The notes: generated from the letters alone by a model not told the origin. A stretch of 64,000 bases of DNA from an uncultured cyanobacterium (GCA_963749915.1 CAVVOP010000022.1:288001-352000), one strand, 5' to 3'. Positions 21,984-33,979 are shown, counted from the first letter of the stretch. Translations and numbers: made by a program.

Positions 21984-23240
21984 ATGACAGAAAATATTGA
22001 GTCTTTACTAAAATCTTATCAAAAATTTGGTATTAATCTAGGTTTAGAAAGAATCGAAAAATTATTGCGATCTTTAGGTAATCCTCATCAAAAAGTCTCT
22101 ATAATTCACGTTGCAGGAACAAATGGTAAAGGTTCAGTTTGTGCTTATTTATCTTCAATTTTTACCCATGCAGGTTATAAAACAGGGCGGTTTACTTCTC
22201 CTCATTTGCTTGATTGGAATGAAAGAATTTGTCTCAATGAAAGGCCCATAAAAGAAGAAAACTTAATTAATATTCTCAAAGAAATTCAAGCAGTAATTGA
22301 TTCTAATAGTGAGTCCCCCACCCAATTTGAAGTCATCACCGCCGCCGCATGGCTTTATTTTGCACAATCAGAGATTGATATTGCCATTATGGAAGTAGGG
22401 TTGGGGGGAAGATTGGATGCTACTAATGTTTGCCATCGCCCATTAGCCAGTATCATTACATCTATTAGTCGTGAACATTGGCAGAGATTGGGGGATACTT
22501 TGAGCAAAATTGCCACAGAAAAAGCAGGAATTATTAAACAAGAATGTCCCGTGATTATCGGTGATTTACCGCAGGAAGCAAGACAAGTTGTTGAAAATAG
22601 GGTAATAACTCTCAATTGTCCTCATATTTGGGTAAAATCGTCTCAAAAAATTCCTAAAAATGGCGAAAATTGGGCGAAATATGAAGACGTTGAATATCCT
22701 TTGCCTCTCAACGGTGATATACAATTACAAAATTCTGCTTTGGCCATCGCAACGGTCAAAATGTTACAAACAAGGGGATGGAATTTGAGCCTAGAAGCCA
22801 TACAAGAAGGCATGAAAAAAACCCGTTGGCGAGGTAGGATCGAATGGGTTACATGGCAAGGACAAAAAATCCTTATCGATGGGGCACATAATGTAGCTTC
22901 GGCAAAGGTTTTAAGGGAATATGTTGATACTTTAAACACAAAAATTATTTGGGTAATGGGGATGTTGTCGACAAAAGATCATCAAGGTATTTTTAATCAG
23001 TTACTGCGATCGCAAGATGAGTTACATTTGGTCCCCGTAGCCGATCATAGCACCGCCAATCTTCAAGAGCTGTCACAATTAGCAGAAAAAGTCAATTCCA
23101 ATTTAACAAAAATTAATATTTATGATGATTTATTTTTAGCGTTAGAAACGGTGAAAAAAACTGTCAATGATGATAAACAAACGATCGTTATGTGTGGATC
23201 ATTATATTTATTAGGACATTTTTTAACGGTTGACAATTGA
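21984..23240 (+). CDS. folC: Folylpolyglutamate synthase/dihydrofolate synthase
   Basis: HVAGTNGKGS, EVGLGGRLDATN, DGAHN, GSLYL. Confidence 0.96.
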   Translation: MTENIESLLKSYQKFGINLGLERIEKLLRSLGNPHQKVSIIHVAGTNGKGSVCAYLSSIFTHAGYKTGRFTSPHLLDWNERICLNERPIKEENLINILKEIQAVIDSNSESPTQFEVITAAAWLYFAQSEIDIAIMEVGLGGRLDATNVCHRPLASIITSISREHWQRLGDTLSKIATEKAGIIKQECPVIIGDLPQEARQVVENRVITLNCPHIWVKSSQKIPKNGENWAKYEDVEYPLPLNGDIQLQNSALAIATVKMLQTRGWNLSLEAIQEGMKKTRWRGRIEWVTWQGQKILIDGAHNVASAKVLREYVDTLNTKIIWVMGMLSTKDHQGIFNQLLRSQDELHLVPVADHSTANLQELSQLAEKVNSNLTKINIYDDLFLALETVKKTVNDDKQTIVMCGSLYLLGHFLTVDN

Positions 23241-23260
23241 CAATATTTTTTGCCACGAAA

Positions 23261-23285
23261 GGAACTTTTTTTGCGGGAAATAGTC
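23261..23285 (+). promoter_or_regulatory. ECF (SigG-type) autoregulatory promoter
   Basis: GGAAC-N17-GTC immediately upstream of the ECF sigma gene. Confidence 0.65.
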
Positions 23286-23326
23286 ATATTGGATGCAAGT
23301 GTTGTTAAATCAGCGTAGAATATATT

Positions 23327-23992
23327 ATGATTTCATCTGTTTCTCTATCTTGGTCTAATTTGTCTATTCCATTTACACAACAAAGAGTGAAAATTGAACA
23401 ATTATCTAATTCTGATTTAATTTTGCGGTGTCAAGAAGGCAGTCAACCCGATAGGGCGGCTTTTTCTGAGTTGTTACGCCGTTATCAGAGTTATGTTGAT
23501 AAAATCTTGTATAATTTAGCCCCAGATTGGCAAGATAGAGGGGATATATCTCAAGAAGTTTGGATCCGGGTTTATAAGAAGATTAATAGTTTACAAGATC
23601 CCACCAAATTTAAAGGTTGGTTGAGTCGTATTGCCACTAATTTGTTCTATGATCAACTGCGCAAAAAGAAACGATTTGCACCCCCTTTATCTTTGGACGC
23701 TTCTATCATGACGGAAGATAATGAGTTAAAATGGGAGATAGCATCAGATTTACCTTTACCCGATGAAAATTTGACTACGGTAGAATTTTATGATCAATTA
23801 AAGCAGGCTATCGCAGATTTACCGGATACTTTTCGCATCACCATCGTTTTACGGGAAATTCAGGGTTTAAGTTATGAGGAGATTGCAGAAATTACCAAAG
23901 TGTCACTCGGTACGGTAAAATCGAGGATAGCTAGGGCAAGAAACAGACTGCAACTATTATTACAACCTTATCTCGATAATCACCATAGTTAG
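23327..23992 (+). CDS. sigG: ECF RNA polymerase sigma factor SigG
   Basis: LAPDWQDRGDISQEVWIRVY, FKGWLSRIATNLFYD, GLSYEEIAEIT...GTVKSRIARAR. Confidence 0.88.
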   Translation: MISSVSLSWSNLSIPFTQQRVKIEQLSNSDLILRCQEGSQPDRAAFSELLRRYQSYVDKILYNLAPDWQDRGDISQEVWIRVYKKINSLQDPTKFKGWLSRIATNLFYDQLRKKKRFAPPLSLDASIMTEDNELKWEIASDLPLPDENLTTVEFYDQLKQAIADLPDTFRITIVLREIQGLSYEEIAEITKVSLGTVKSRIARARNRLQLLLQPYLDNHHS

Positions 23993-24027
23993 TTTTGTAA
24001 TTTTATTCTTAGTTAAGGAGATACAAT

Positions 24028-24528
24028 ATGATGAGTAACCATTCTTATCCCCCCGATAAATGTACATTTGAACTTTTAAGTGCTTATTTAGACGGTGAAG
24101 TAACCGCCGAACAACGTAAACAAGTGCAGGAATTATTGTCGAATGATCTCGGCATTCAAAGTTTATACAGAAGATTATTATACTTACGCCAAGAAATCAA
24201 CAATTTGCCGACTCCTCAACCTGAATATTCAGCCAAAGAACTTTCTGAAGCCGTTTTTGCCAAAGTAGATCGACAAAAGAAAGAACGGAAAATTTGGTTA
24301 TGGGGTGGAGGTGCCATCGCTGCACTATTGTTAACAACCGTAGGAAGTATTTTAAATGATAACGGAACACCATTACTACAAATGGCACAAGAAAATCAAC
24401 CTACGTCGGATAATGAAAGTTTGATCATTGCTTTAAATGAGCCTCTAATTGAAATACCGGTAAAAACCAATGGAGAAACCTTAATGATACCCTTAGATCA
24501 TTCTTTAATGGATGTTATTGATAATTAA
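24028..24528 (+). CDS. Transmembrane anti-sigma factor for SigG
   Basis: FELLSAYLDGE motif, single TM segment, directly follows sigG. Confidence 0.85.
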   Translation: MMSNHSYPPDKCTFELLSAYLDGEVTAEQRKQVQELLSNDLGIQSLYRRLLYLRQEINNLPTPQPEYSAKELSEAVFAKVDRQKKERKIWLWGGGAIAALLLTTVGSILNDNGTPLLQMAQENQPTSDNESLIIALNEPLIEIPVKTNGETLMIPLDHSLMDVIDN

Positions 24529-24532
24529 TTCC

Positions 24533-25261
24533 ATGAATGATTCCTACTTATATGTCTATCCTCCTTTAGAATCAGGTTTTTTACGCAAAAGATATAAACG
24601 TTTTTTAGCGGATATAGAGTTAGATTCCGGGGAGTTAGTCACTGCCCATTGTGCTAACACCGGCCCCATGTTAGGATTATGCACCGTAGGTAGTCGTGTA
24701 ATGGTATCTAAAAGCGATAACCTTAAGCGTAAATTAGGTTATACATGGGAGATGATAGCCGTAGGAGAAGATAATCCTGTCTGGGTGGGAATTAATACCG
24801 CCTTGCCGAATCATATTGTCAAGTTAGCCTTGCAACAACAATTAATCCCTGAGTTGGCACAACAATATACTCAGGTAAAAAGTGAGGTAAAATTTGGACA
24901 AGATGGCAAAAGTAGAGTCGATTTTGTCTTGACTGGTGATGAATCCCAACCGCTGATTTATGTGGAAGTAAAAAACACCACCCTGGCAGAAAGTGGGGTT
25001 GCTTTATTTCCCGATACTCAAACTACCAGAGGACAAAAACATTTACAAGAATTAATGGCTTTATCAAAGAAGATGAGAGGGGTGATGTTATATTTTATAA
25101 ATCGAGAAGATTGCGATTCTTTTAGCGTAGGCAAAAAATATGATTCCACCTATGGAGATTTATTCCATCAAGCCATAAACGAGGGGGTAGAAATCTTACC
25201 TTGTCGGTTTAAAGTTACCCCCGAAGGTGTTAAATATCTTGGTTTAGCAAAGATTATTTAG
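24533..25261 (+). CDS. sfsA: SfsA DNA/RNA nuclease-family protein
   Basis: RYKRFLAD, HCANTGPM, SRVDF, YVEVKN, FPDTQTTRGQKHL. Confidence 0.93.
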   Translation: MNDSYLYVYPPLESGFLRKRYKRFLADIELDSGELVTAHCANTGPMLGLCTVGSRVMVSKSDNLKRKLGYTWEMIAVGEDNPVWVGINTALPNHIVKLALQQQLIPELAQQYTQVKSEVKFGQDGKSRVDFVLTGDESQPLIYVEVKNTTLAESGVALFPDTQTTRGQKHLQELMALSKKMRGVMLYFINREDCDSFSVGKKYDSTYGDLFHQAINEGVEILPCRFKVTPEGVKYLGLAKII

Positions 25262-25341
25262 GAACGGATAATCATTAATTATAATTAAGCGGTTCTATAA
25301 TTATTGATAATTAATTTTCTTAATTGTTTGAGGAGTGAAAA

Positions 25342-25551
25342 ATGAAAGTTTGGTTGGTCAGTTTTATTCTCTTATTTTTACTAGCCCAATTTATTCTCTG
25401 GGTGAAAAATTTCTTTACACCTCTTCCCTTGTACATCTTTGGAGGAGCCTTTTTGGCGATCGCATCAAATTATGACCACAAAATTAATGAATTTATCAGT
25501 CAACAAACGAATAGTATTGTGTCTTCATCAGGAAAAAAACTCAATGAATAA
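25342..25551 (+). CDS. Small membrane protein
   Basis: GAGGAG SD, two hydrophobic stretches, PLYIFGGAFLAIASN; its stop overlaps the rnhA start. Confidence 0.7.
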   Translation: MKVWLVSFILLFLLAQFILWVKNFFTPLPLYIFGGAFLAIASNYDHKINEFISQQTNSIVSSSGKKLNE

Positions 25552-26026
25552 TGACTTGCCACAAGTAGAAATTTATACCGATGGTTCCTGCCTCAATAAT
25601 CCCGGTCCCGGAGGTTATGGAGTTGTTATCTTAAATAATCATAAGCGTCAAGAACTATGGGGAGGATTCCGTAAAACTACCAACAATCGCATGGAGATTT
25701 TAGCCGTTATTATTGGATTGAAAGCCCTAAAAAACCCCCATCAAGTGACGATATATACTGACTCGCAATATGTTGTCAATGCGATGACTAAAGGTTGGGC
25801 TCAAAAATGGCAAATGAATAATTGGCGGCGTAACTCCAGAGAAAAGGCGAAAAATCCTGATCTTTGGCAAGAATTATTACAATTATCTAGTCAACATCAA
25901 GTTAATTTTACCTGGGTTAGGGGACATTCTGGGAATATGGAAAATGAACGTTGCGATCGCCTTGCTTTTAGTGCCGCCCAAAGTCATAACCTAGAAGAGG
26001 ACGTTAACTATATCAATCATGAATAA
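25544..26026 (+). CDS. rnhA: Ribonuclease HI
   Basis: IYTDGSCLNNPGPGG, TTNNRME, TDSQY, WVRGHSG..NERCD. Confidence 0.95.
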   Translation: MNNDLPQVEIYTDGSCLNNPGPGGYGVVILNNHKRQELWGGFRKTTNNRMEILAVIIGLKALKNPHQVTIYTDSQYVVNAMTKGWAQKWQMNNWRRNSREKAKNPDLWQELLQLSSQHQVNFTWVRGHSGNMENERCDRLAFSAAQSHNLEEDVNYINHE

Positions 26027-26077
26027 TAAATAGTCACTTTTTAATTAATTTTCCCGACTTACTCATTATCTTAGACT

Positions 26078-26100
26078 AAAAAGGTGAGCATTTGCCCACC
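26078..26100 (-). terminator. Intrinsic terminator of chlH
   Basis: Minus strand ggtgggc-aaat-gctcacc followed by ttttt. Confidence 0.65.
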
Positions 26101-26117
26101 CTCGTATTAACAATTAA

Positions 26118-29100
26118 TTACTCAATGCCTTCGATGCGATCTTCTGCTTCTTGGTATAGTCGCTGTAACCGTTCAATATTCTCGTCTGAGGTTTGCCAGT
26201 AACCACGCCCGTTAACTTCGAGTAAAGTGCTTACCATCCGGCGGAAAGAGTTGGGGTTTAAATCCATCAACCGTTTACACATCTGTTCATCTTCGATGAA
26301 AGTGGTATTAGTGTCTTCATATACCCAGTTATCTACCGCATCGGCAGTAGCACTCCAACCCATGGTATTCACAAGACGTTTGGATAATTCCCTTACCCCT
26401 TCATAACCATGAGATAACATCCCTTCGTACCATTTGGGGTTTAATAATTTGGTGCGGGCATCTAAGCGCACAGTTTCCGATAAAGTACGCACTTGGGCGT
26501 TGGCGGTGGTAGTGTCGGCAATGTAAGCGGAGGGTTTTTTACCGTCATCACGCAAACTGGCCACAACTTTGGTAGGATCAGAGTCGAAATAGTGAGAAAC
26601 GTCCGTTAAGCTAATCTCCGAAGAATCGAGGTTTTGGAAGGTGGCATCGGCAGTTTTCAAGGATTTCTCAAAAATACCTCGGTTTTCATCCATTACCCCT
26701 GGGTTATCGGAGTTGAAGGCGAAGGATTTACGGTTTAAGTACATATCCCGCAATTCTTGCTCTTCTTCCCAACTGCTATTTTCTACCGCTAAGTTGACGT
26801 TAGAGGAATATGACCCCGATGCGTTCGAGAATACCCGGGTAGCGGCCTGACGTAAGTTGATGCCCATTTCTTCAGCTTGTGTTAAAGCGTGTTTACGAAC
26901 GAAATTCATTTCTAAAGGTTCGTCAGCTTCGGCGGCTTTTTTCACGGCTTGATCAAGTAAATTCATTTGGTTGATGAAAAGATCACGGAATACGCCGGAA
27001 CAGTTAACAACTACGTCAATACGGGGTCTGTCCAATTCTTCTAAGGGGATTAATTCAAGTTTGTTAACACGCCCTAACGCATCAGGGACGGGTGTAACAC
27101 CTATCATCCACATAATTTGCGCTAAAGATTCGCCGTAGGTTTTGATGTTATCCGTTCCCCATAATACACAAGCGATGGTTTCAGGGTATTTCCCGCCGTT
27201 GTCTAGCTTCTGACGCTCTAAGAGACGATCGACAACGATTTTAGCTGATTTTACTGCCGCTAGAGTGGGTATTTTTTGTGGGTCTAAGGCATGAATATTT
27301 TTACCAGTGGGCAATACATTAGGGTTACGGATGGGATCGCCACCGGGTCCAGGTAGTACATATTCACCTTCCAGGGCTTTTAGTAATGCCCCTAATTCAT
27401 TGTCAGCACAAACTTGCTCTAAGCAAAATTCGAGGTATTCAAATAGAGGTTTTAAGGCTTTTTCGTCAACGTTTGTGTAACCAAGTTCATGGAGTTTTGC
27501 AACCCAAGGCTCTTTTTTACCCATATTGAAGAAGTTTAGTTTAGAAACGAGAGAAACTCGCCCTTCGGCGTTGATTTGCTCCTCCACTAAGGCTCTTACT
27601 GCCGCTCTGGTGGCTTCGGTTATGCTTTGTAATAACTCCACATCTACTAAAACTCCCTTGTCAGCGTTGCGGTAAACCTCTTCAATTTTACGCCCGATAC
27701 TGTTGGCGATGATGGTAGTTAATGCCAAAATGCCCTCGTCTTCTCTGTCTAAACTGGCGATATTTACGAGGGTCGCGATCGCCTCTTCTGCCGTGGGCGG
27801 TTTCCCGATAACGTGCAATCCACAGGGTAACAGACGGGATTCAATTTCCATTAATTTGCGATACACAGCACCCACAATGTGATCTCTTTCGTCTTGTGTC
27901 ATGGTACCAGAATCGATTATTTCCGCTTCTTGCCCTTCAAGGGTAGCAATTTCAGGAATATCCTTATCAAGGTTGCAGATTCGAGCTTTATCAACGATGG
28001 TGTTGACGATTTGAATGGCACGTCCACTATCCTTTAAACTTTGATAGGAACCGATTAACTCGCTTAATTCTTCTAAACCCTTGTAAAGTCCAGCATTTTC
28101 TGCGGGGGGGGTTAAGTAAGAAATGGTGGCGGCATAACTGCGACGTTTGGCAATAGTCGCCTCGCTAGGGTTATTAGCGGCGTAGTAGTACATGTTAGGA
28201 ATATTACCAATCAAACTATCCGGGTAACAGTCATTAGACATACCCATTTGTTTACCCGGCATGAATTCGAGGGAGCCGTGTGTTCCAAAGTGTAAGACTG
28301 CATCCACACCCCAAACCTTCTCCAGATAGGTATAGTAAGCCGCAAAACCGTGATGAGGAGAAGCAGAACGAGAAAATAATAGTCTCATGGGATCCCCTTC
28401 GTAACCAAAAGTAGGTTGTACCCCAATGAAGACATTGCCAAACTCTTTACCGTAAATCAGAAGGTTTTGACCATCGCTATTAAGATGCCCTGGGGGCGGT
28501 CCCCAATTTTCTTCTAATTTCTGGGAATAAGGGGTTAAACGCTCATATTCTTCCACACTCATGCGGTAGGCGACGTTTAATTCAGGACTAGAATATTGGG
28601 CTTGGGCATCATGAATTACCATCTCCATCAACTCTGTAGCGGTTTCTGGTAAGTCTTGCACGTCATAGCCGTTGTTTTTCATGCCCTTTAACACTTCATG
28701 GATTGAGCCGAAAACGTCTAAATATGCTGCTGTACCCACATTCCCTTTATCAGGAGGAAAACTGAAGACGGTAATAGCTAATTTTTTCTCTAACTTGGGC
28801 TTTTTCCGTAGATTTGTCCATTTTAAGGCACGACCGGCGATGGCTTCTACCCGATCTTGTAAAGTGATTGATCTTCCCGTATTACCATCTCTACCGGATA
28901 GAATGATCGGTTCAATGGCACCGTCCAACTCGGGGATGGCAATTTGTAAGGCGACTTGGATAGGATGTAAACCCAGATCACTTTCTTCCCATTCCTCCGT
29001 AGTTTGAAAAACTAGGGGTAAAGCAACCATATAAGGGCGATTCAGACGTTTTAAAGATTCGATGGCTTTGGGGTGATCTTGTCGTGCCGGCCCTCCCACC

Positions 29101-30143
29101 AAGGCAAAACCAGTTAAAGAGACTACAGCGTCAACGATGGGTAAAGGTTCAACCCCTTGCACTGCTTTATCTAAGAAATACTCATCTACAGGTTTCGAGA
29201 AATCCAAGCCCCCTGCGAATACAGGAATAATACGAGCACCATGATATTCTAATTCTTGTAACATTGCCACATAGTGGGCATCGTCACCAGTAACTAAATG
29301 GGTTCTTTGTAAGACTAATCCTATACAAGGAGCAAGAGGATCTTTTAAATCATCACTGATATCATCACGAGTATGGTACCAACTAAGATATTCCTTGATG
29401 TCTTCAAACATTTTTGGGGCGAGGGGATGCCAGATACCCATATCAGGATAGACTACAGGTTCAGCATACTCCGCATTTTTGTTGAGTAAGGATTTATCCC
29501 CAATGAAGACATATTTATCAGCCAACATCAAGAAAAAGTTTTCCAGGTTATCAGAGGAACCACCTAACCAATATTGAAAACTCAACATGAAGTTGCGGGC
29601 ATCTTGGGCTTTTTCCACAGGCAGATATTTTAAAACCGTGGGAAGGGTACGTAATAATTTGAGCATCGCATCTTCAAAACCAGCACCTGACTTTTGTTTG
29701 CGTTTTTTCATAAACTCGCCGATGACACTCTTACTCTGCCCTAATTGTGCCATGGTAAAAGTACCCATTTTGTTAAGGCGCATTACTTCAGGCATGGAGG
29801 GGAAAACCACTGCCGCATCTAAATTGTCACGATGGGGATTAACAGCTTCTACGACTTTTTGTGCTAATTCTTCAATAAAGATAAGGGAAGCAATAAAAAT
29901 ATTCGCCCCTGCCACATCTTTTTTAAATTCTTCATAGTTTTCAGGGCTTCTCAATTCTTCGATAAGATAACCATTAATTTCTATGGCAAGGTTCGGGTTA
30001 TGAGCATTGATGGATTTAATTGCACCAGAAATGGCACTTTGGTATTGTGACTCTAATACTACATAAACCACCTTCATTAAAGCACGTCCTTGTAGATCTT
30101 CTGGTGCTATATGTCTGACGGCGGATTTTACGTTTGTAAACAT
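26118..30143 (-). CDS. chlH: Magnesium chelatase subunit H
   Basis: 1341 aa; [49 protein letters not shown]. Confidence 0.97.
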   Translation of the reverse strand: MFTNVKSAVRHIAPEDLQGRALMKVVYVVLESQYQSAISGAIKSINAHNPNLAIEINGYLIEELRSPENYEEFKKDVAGANIFIASLIFIEELAQKVVEAVNPHRDNLDAAVVFPSMPEVMRLNKMGTFTMAQLGQSKSVIGEFMKKRKQKSGAGFEDAMLKLLRTLPTVLKYLPVEKAQDARNFMLSFQYWLGGSSDNLENFFLMLADKYVFIGDKSLLNKNAEYAEPVVYPDMGIWHPLAPKMFEDIKEYLSWYHTRDDISDDLKDPLAPCIGLVLQRTHLVTGDDAHYVAMLQELEYHGARIIPVFAGGLDFSKPVDEYFLDKAVQGVEPLPIVDAVVSLTGFALVGGPARQDHPKAIESLKRLNRPYMVALPLVFQTTEEWEESDLGLHPIQVALQIAIPELDGAIEPIILSGRDGNTGRSITLQDRVEAIAGRALKWTNLRKKPKLEKKLAITVFSFPPDKGNVGTAAYLDVFGSIHEVLKGMKNNGYDVQDLPETATELMEMVIHDAQAQYSSPELNVAYRMSVEEYERLTPYSQKLEENWGPPPGHLNSDGQNLLIYGKEFGNVFIGVQPTFGYEGDPMRLLFSRSASPHHGFAAYYTYLEKVWGVDAVLHFGTHGSLEFMPGKQMGMSNDCYPDSLIGNIPNMYYYAANNPSEATIAKRRSYAATISYLTPPAENAGLYKGLEELSELIGSYQSLKDSGRAIQIVNTIVDKARICNLDKDIPEIATLEGQEAEIIDSGTMTQDERDHIVGAVYRKLMEIESRLLPCGLHVIGKPPTAEEAIATLVNIASLDREDEGILALTTIIANSIGRKIEEVYRNADKGVLVDVELLQSITEATRAAVRALVEEQINAEGRVSLVSKLNFFNMGKKEPWVAKLHELGYTNVDEKALKPLFEYLEFCLEQVCADNELGALLKALEGEYVLPGPGGDPIRNPNVLPTGKNIHALDPQKIPTLAAVKSAKIVVDRLLERQKLDNGGKYPETIACVLWGTDNIKTYGESLAQIMWMIGVTPVPDALGRVNKLELIPLEELDRPRIDVVVNCSGVFRDLFINQMNLLDQAVKKAAEADEPLEMNFVRKHALTQAEEMGINLRQAATRVFSNASGSYSSNVNLAVENSSWEEEQELRDMYLNRKSFAFNSDNPGVMDENRGIFEKSLKTADATFQNLDSSEISLTDVSHYFDSDPTKVVASLRDDGKKPSAYIADTTTANAQVRTLSETVRLDARTKLLNPKWYEGMLSHGYEGVRELSKRLVNTMGWSATADAVDNWVYEDTNTTFIEDEQMCKRLMDLNPNSFRRMVSTLLEVNGRGYWQTSDENIERLQRLYQEAEDRIEGIE

Positions 30144-30291
30144 TAAGATGTAAACTCCTGTTAAGTGAGATTTAAAAGAAATATGTAAAAAATGATGACA
30201 GCACTTAAAATAGGCTCTTTATAGTTTGTACCATGAAAATAGGCTTTTTTACTCATTGGTTTCCGATTCTTTACGGTTATCCGCCGTTTTT

Positions 30292-30309
30292 GTTACAAAT
30301 TGTTGCATA
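30292..30309 (+). promoter_or_regulatory. HLR1-like (RpaB-type) direct repeat between chlH and the amidase gene
   Basis: GTTACAAA-tt-GTTGCATA fits an octamer-N2-octamer with one mismatch. Confidence 0.45.
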
Positions 30310-30436
30310 TTACCGGGAATTATTAATTGCCACTTTCCCCACGTCAAAATGTACTAAGGAGAAAATTACGGGTTTGATATCCCCCCTGAAATTGGTAAGC
30401 TATAGCTGTTGCCTTCTTTTTCATTAACAATTATTT

Positions 30437-31840
30437 ATGAAAAACCTAGAATTTATCTCCGCTTTAGACTTAAGTCAGTTAATCCGTCGCAAAGAAATTT
30501 CTCCCCTAGAAGTGATCAAGTTTTATGAAGAAAGAATCAATACTATTGATTCTCAACTGGGTAGTTTTGCTCATGTAGCCATAGAAAGTGCCACAGAAGA
30601 AGCAAAAATAAAAACGGAAATTTTGGCTAAAAGTCAGGATACTTCTACTTTACCCCCCTTTTTTGGTATTCCCACCGCCATCAAGGATTTATACTCTGTG
30701 AAAGGTATGCCTATTAGTTACGGTAATGCTTTTATTAAAGATCGAATTTCTGACTACGACTCTGGTTTTGTCACGAAAATTAAACAAGGCGGTTTTATTA
30801 TTATCGGTAAAACGGCGACTTCTGAATTAGGTTCATTACCCTATACTGAATCTGTGGGTTTATCTTCTTCTGTTAATCCTTGGCATTTAGAATATACTTC
30901 TGGTGGGTCTAGTGGTGGTGGTGCGGCGGCGGTGGCTAGTGGATTAATACCTGTTGCACCGGGATCCGATGGAGGTGGTTCAGTGAGAGGTCCGGCTTTT
31001 TGTTGTGGTTTAGTGGGGTTAAAACCTTCACGGGGTAGAATTTCTAATGCCCCTGTGGGGGATTATCAAGGGGGTATTGGTACTCATGGCTGTCTTAGTC
31101 GTACTGTGGCTGATAGTGCCGCTTTATTGGACATAATTTCAGGATATATCACGGGGGATCCTTATTGGTTGCCAAATCCTAATATTAGCTTTTTAGATGC
31201 CCTTACTCAAGACACGGGAAAATTAAAAATTGCCTTTGCTACCTCTGTTTTGCCCGGTGGTAAAGCGGATGAGATTTTACAACAACAGGTAAAAAATATT
31301 GCCCATTCTTTGGAAGATATGGGTCATACTCTAACGGAGGCCTGTCCTGATTTTACCCCTTTAGTTGAGCCTTTTGTGACTATGTGGCAATCAAGTATTA
31401 CTGGTGCTGGTTTTCCTGAAGAAATACTCAGTCCGATGAATCGTTGGTTAAGTCGGCGTTCTCAGGATTTAGGAACTTATTTACGAGCTTTGCACCAAAT
31501 GCAGATTCTTTCTCGTCAAATTGTCGCCTTTTTCCAGGATTTTGATGTTTTATTGCTACCTACCTATCTAAAACCCCCTATCAAAGTCGGTGCATGGGCT
31601 GATTTATCCCCTGAAGATACTTTACAACATATTATTGATTGGATTACCCCTTGTCCTCCTTTCAATGCTACAGGACAACCTGCGATCGCCATTCCCACAG
31701 GATTCACGGAGAAAGGTCTTCCCATCGGGGTTCAATTAGTCGGCAAACCAACAGACGAAGCAACAATATTACAGTTAGCTTACCAATTAGAAAAAATTAT
31801 CAATTATCCTCAATATCAGCCTCACCTAATTACCTTGTAA
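30437..31840 (+). CDS. Amidase signature family protein
   Basis: IKDL, GGSSGGGAAAVA, GSDGGGSVRGPA. Confidence 0.92.
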   Translation: MKNLEFISALDLSQLIRRKEISPLEVIKFYEERINTIDSQLGSFAHVAIESATEEAKIKTEILAKSQDTSTLPPFFGIPTAIKDLYSVKGMPISYGNAFIKDRISDYDSGFVTKIKQGGFIIIGKTATSELGSLPYTESVGLSSSVNPWHLEYTSGGSSGGGAAAVASGLIPVAPGSDGGGSVRGPAFCCGLVGLKPSRGRISNAPVGDYQGGIGTHGCLSRTVADSAALLDIISGYITGDPYWLPNPNISFLDALTQDTGKLKIAFATSVLPGGKADEILQQQVKNIAHSLEDMGHTLTEACPDFTPLVEPFVTMWQSSITGAGFPEEILSPMNRWLSRRSQDLGTYLRALHQMQILSRQIVAFFQDFDVLLLPTYLKPPIKVGAWADLSPEDTLQHIIDWITPCPPFNATGQPAIAIPTGFTEKGLPIGVQLVGKPTDEATILQLAYQLEKIINYPQYQPHLITL

Positions 31841-31918
31841 TAGATGCTTAACAAAACTTATGGGGTTATCTATTCTCTTCTCTCCGGAAATCAAGACAAT
31901 CATCTTCATTGTTCATTG

Positions 31919-33478
31919 TCACTTATAACTTTGAGCCAATTTTTCCAAAATACGGGGTTTTAAGCGTTCAAATTCATCTCTGAGTCTTTTGCGACTCACT
32001 TTAGCATCTCCTTTATTGGTGAAGGAAGTACTGTTTTTAATCCATTCTTGCATAACGGCACATTGGTTAGGGGCGATGGTTGAACTCATGCTATGTTGAC
32101 AGTTTTGTGGTTCTTCCAAGGCAAAAAATAGAATTTTATAACTGCCCAATTGTGACAGGGAAGAAACTACCTGTCGTGCACTTTCGGTTTTTAAGTCCAA
32201 ATAACAGGGTAGCCACCTTGCCCCATGAGTGGGATTATAAATTACCGTAATCCAAAGAATCATCGGATGAGGTGAACTCAGAAAAAGAAATTGATTATAG
32301 CGAATACTAACTATACGATTCAAAATATCTTGTTTATCTAACATTACCCATAAACTGGGATAGCTTTCGGTTTCTGTCTTGACGATGCGAGGGAAAACTA
32401 TTTTTTGTAAGGGTTTATTTTGAGGCCATGTTAATTGAGTTTCTTTGGCTATTTTTGGTTGAGATTTAGGGGTGGGTGGGGGAGGGGTTGCTTCTGAGGA
32501 AATTTCCGTTCTATCATCGTGACTAAGACTATTACTAACATCATTGGCAACAATGGTTTCTTGACCAGAATAATTAGTTTTATTATCGGAATTAGTGCGG
32601 TTATAAGTTTTTTCTAATCCCTCGATTATTTTTAAGACTTCGGCGACGGTTTGGGGACGATCATCTCTCGATTTTGCGAGACATTTAAGGATAATATTTT
32701 TCAATTCTAAAGGTATTTGCACATGAGATTCAAAGGGGCGCGGCTGAAAATCATTATGAGCTTTATACCATGCACCAAAGGAAGAAGTTTCAGGTAAAAT
32801 GGGCATCTCTAGGGTTAACATTTCATACATCATTACCCCTAAACTATAAATATCTGATCGATTATCTAATTCCTTTCCTCCCATTTGTTCCGGTGAACAA
32901 TAGGCCAAAGTTCCCATAAATGAATGAGTTTGAGTGGCATTTGCCTGTACTAATTTAGCGATTCCAAAGTCTAAAATTTTAACTAATTCCCCCAATGTGG
33001 GATCTTGTAGGACTGAAACATTGCTGGGTTTAATATCTCGATGCACTACTTGACAAAGTTCCCCATGCAACATGATTCCACTATGAGCAGCATCCATCCC
33101 TACACAAATTTGACGAGTGATGTAGAGAAATCGCTTTAATCCCATGGGCTGAAATTTAATAATTTCGCTTAAACTTTGCCCTTCTAAAAATTCCATCACA
33201 TAATAAGGCACTTCGTTTTTATCGATACCATAATCTCTTACTCGGATAATATGAATGCTTTTTTCCCCTAACAGGGCACTAATAGTAGCTTCCCTTTCAA
33301 AGCGGTGACGCATTTTTTCATTCAGCAGAGTTTGGGAGAGGAATTTAATAGCCACAGTTACCCCACCTAACACCATATCCTCGGCTCTATATACTTGTCC
33401 CATTGCCCCAGAGCCGATTAATTCTATTAGTTGATAACGATCACCTAATATACGATTGTTTTTTTTCCCTAAACTCAT
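31919..33478 (-). CDS. spkA: Ser/Thr protein kinase SpkA
   Basis: GSGAMGQVY, HRDIKPSN, DFG, SPEQ; C-terminal WP..KP.QKIVFP...RWLPCYLDLK domain as in Synechocystis SpkA. Confidence 0.85.
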   Translation of the reverse strand: MSLGKKNNRILGDRYQLIELIGSGAMGQVYRAEDMVLGGVTVAIKFLSQTLLNEKMRHRFEREATISALLGEKSIHIIRVRDYGIDKNEVPYYVMEFLEGQSLSEIIKFQPMGLKRFLYITRQICVGMDAAHSGIMLHGELCQVVHRDIKPSNVSVLQDPTLGELVKILDFGIAKLVQANATQTHSFMGTLAYCSPEQMGGKELDNRSDIYSLGVMMYEMLTLEMPILPETSSFGAWYKAHNDFQPRPFESHVQIPLELKNIILKCLAKSRDDRPQTVAEVLKIIEGLEKTYNRTNSDNKTNYSGQETIVANDVSNSLSHDDRTEISSEATPPPPTPKSQPKIAKETQLTWPQNKPLQKIVFPRIVKTETESYPSLWVMLDKQDILNRIVSIRYNQFLFLSSPHPMILWITVIYNPTHGARWLPCYLDLKTESARQVVSSLSQLGSYKILFFALEEPQNCQHSMSSTIAPNQCAVMQEWIKNSTSFTNKGDAKVSRKRLRDEFERLKPRILEKLAQSYK

Positions 33479-33535
33479 GATTTAACTTAAATATCAAATC
33501 TTATCTATATTCATTCTGACCCATGTTGAGATATT

Positions 33536-33979
33536 TTACCCATAACGTTCCAAAATCCCTTCCAAAGTGTTAAAAATATTATTCCCCCTCATCATACCAC
33601 TGGTGAGGTGATAGGTATCGTCATCAAGACAAAAGTAACTTTCAAAGCCATTTAAACGGCGATTATCTCCTAATACCCAATACCGTTGAATAATAGAATT
33701 GTTACTTAACCAACCTTCCCCTTCTATTCTCTCAAAGTCACTTCGTCTTAACACATAAGCGTATTGAGTCTTATTCGCTGGTAAAAATCCTTTATATTCA
33801 AAGATTATATCTTGGCGATTACTATTAGGAAAAACAATTTTAGTTTTGATAAAAAACCAATTAGTTTGATCCCATGTGATAATGGTAGCACCTTTAAAAG
33901 GGATAGATTTTTGGCTTTTATCTAGCCATGTACCTTTAATAATCCAACTACTGGGTTCTAATAGAAAGGTATGAGTCAT
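33536..33979 (-). CDS. Conserved hypothetical protein
   Basis: 147-aa ORF, aromatic-rich and beta-type, upstream of spkA. Confidence 0.7.
   Translation of the reverse strand: MTHTFLLEPSSWIIKGTWLDKSQKSIPFKGATIITWDQTNWFFIKTKIVFPNSNRQDIIFEYKGFLPANKTQYAYVLRRSDFERIEGEGWLSNNSIIQRYWVLGDNRRLNGFESYFCLDDDTYHLTSGMMRGNNIFNTLEGILERYG

Noticed and set aside
25439..25543. N-terminal extension of RNase HI from the ORF track
   Set aside because: It overlaps the upstream membrane ORF; the ATG at 25544 gives a normal-length RnhA
26641..29937. Short + strand ORFs inside chlH, and similar antisense ORFs in mnmG, rpoC1, MFS, folC, gatA, bicA and thrS
   Set aside because: Antisense shadows of conserved genes with no recognisable motifs
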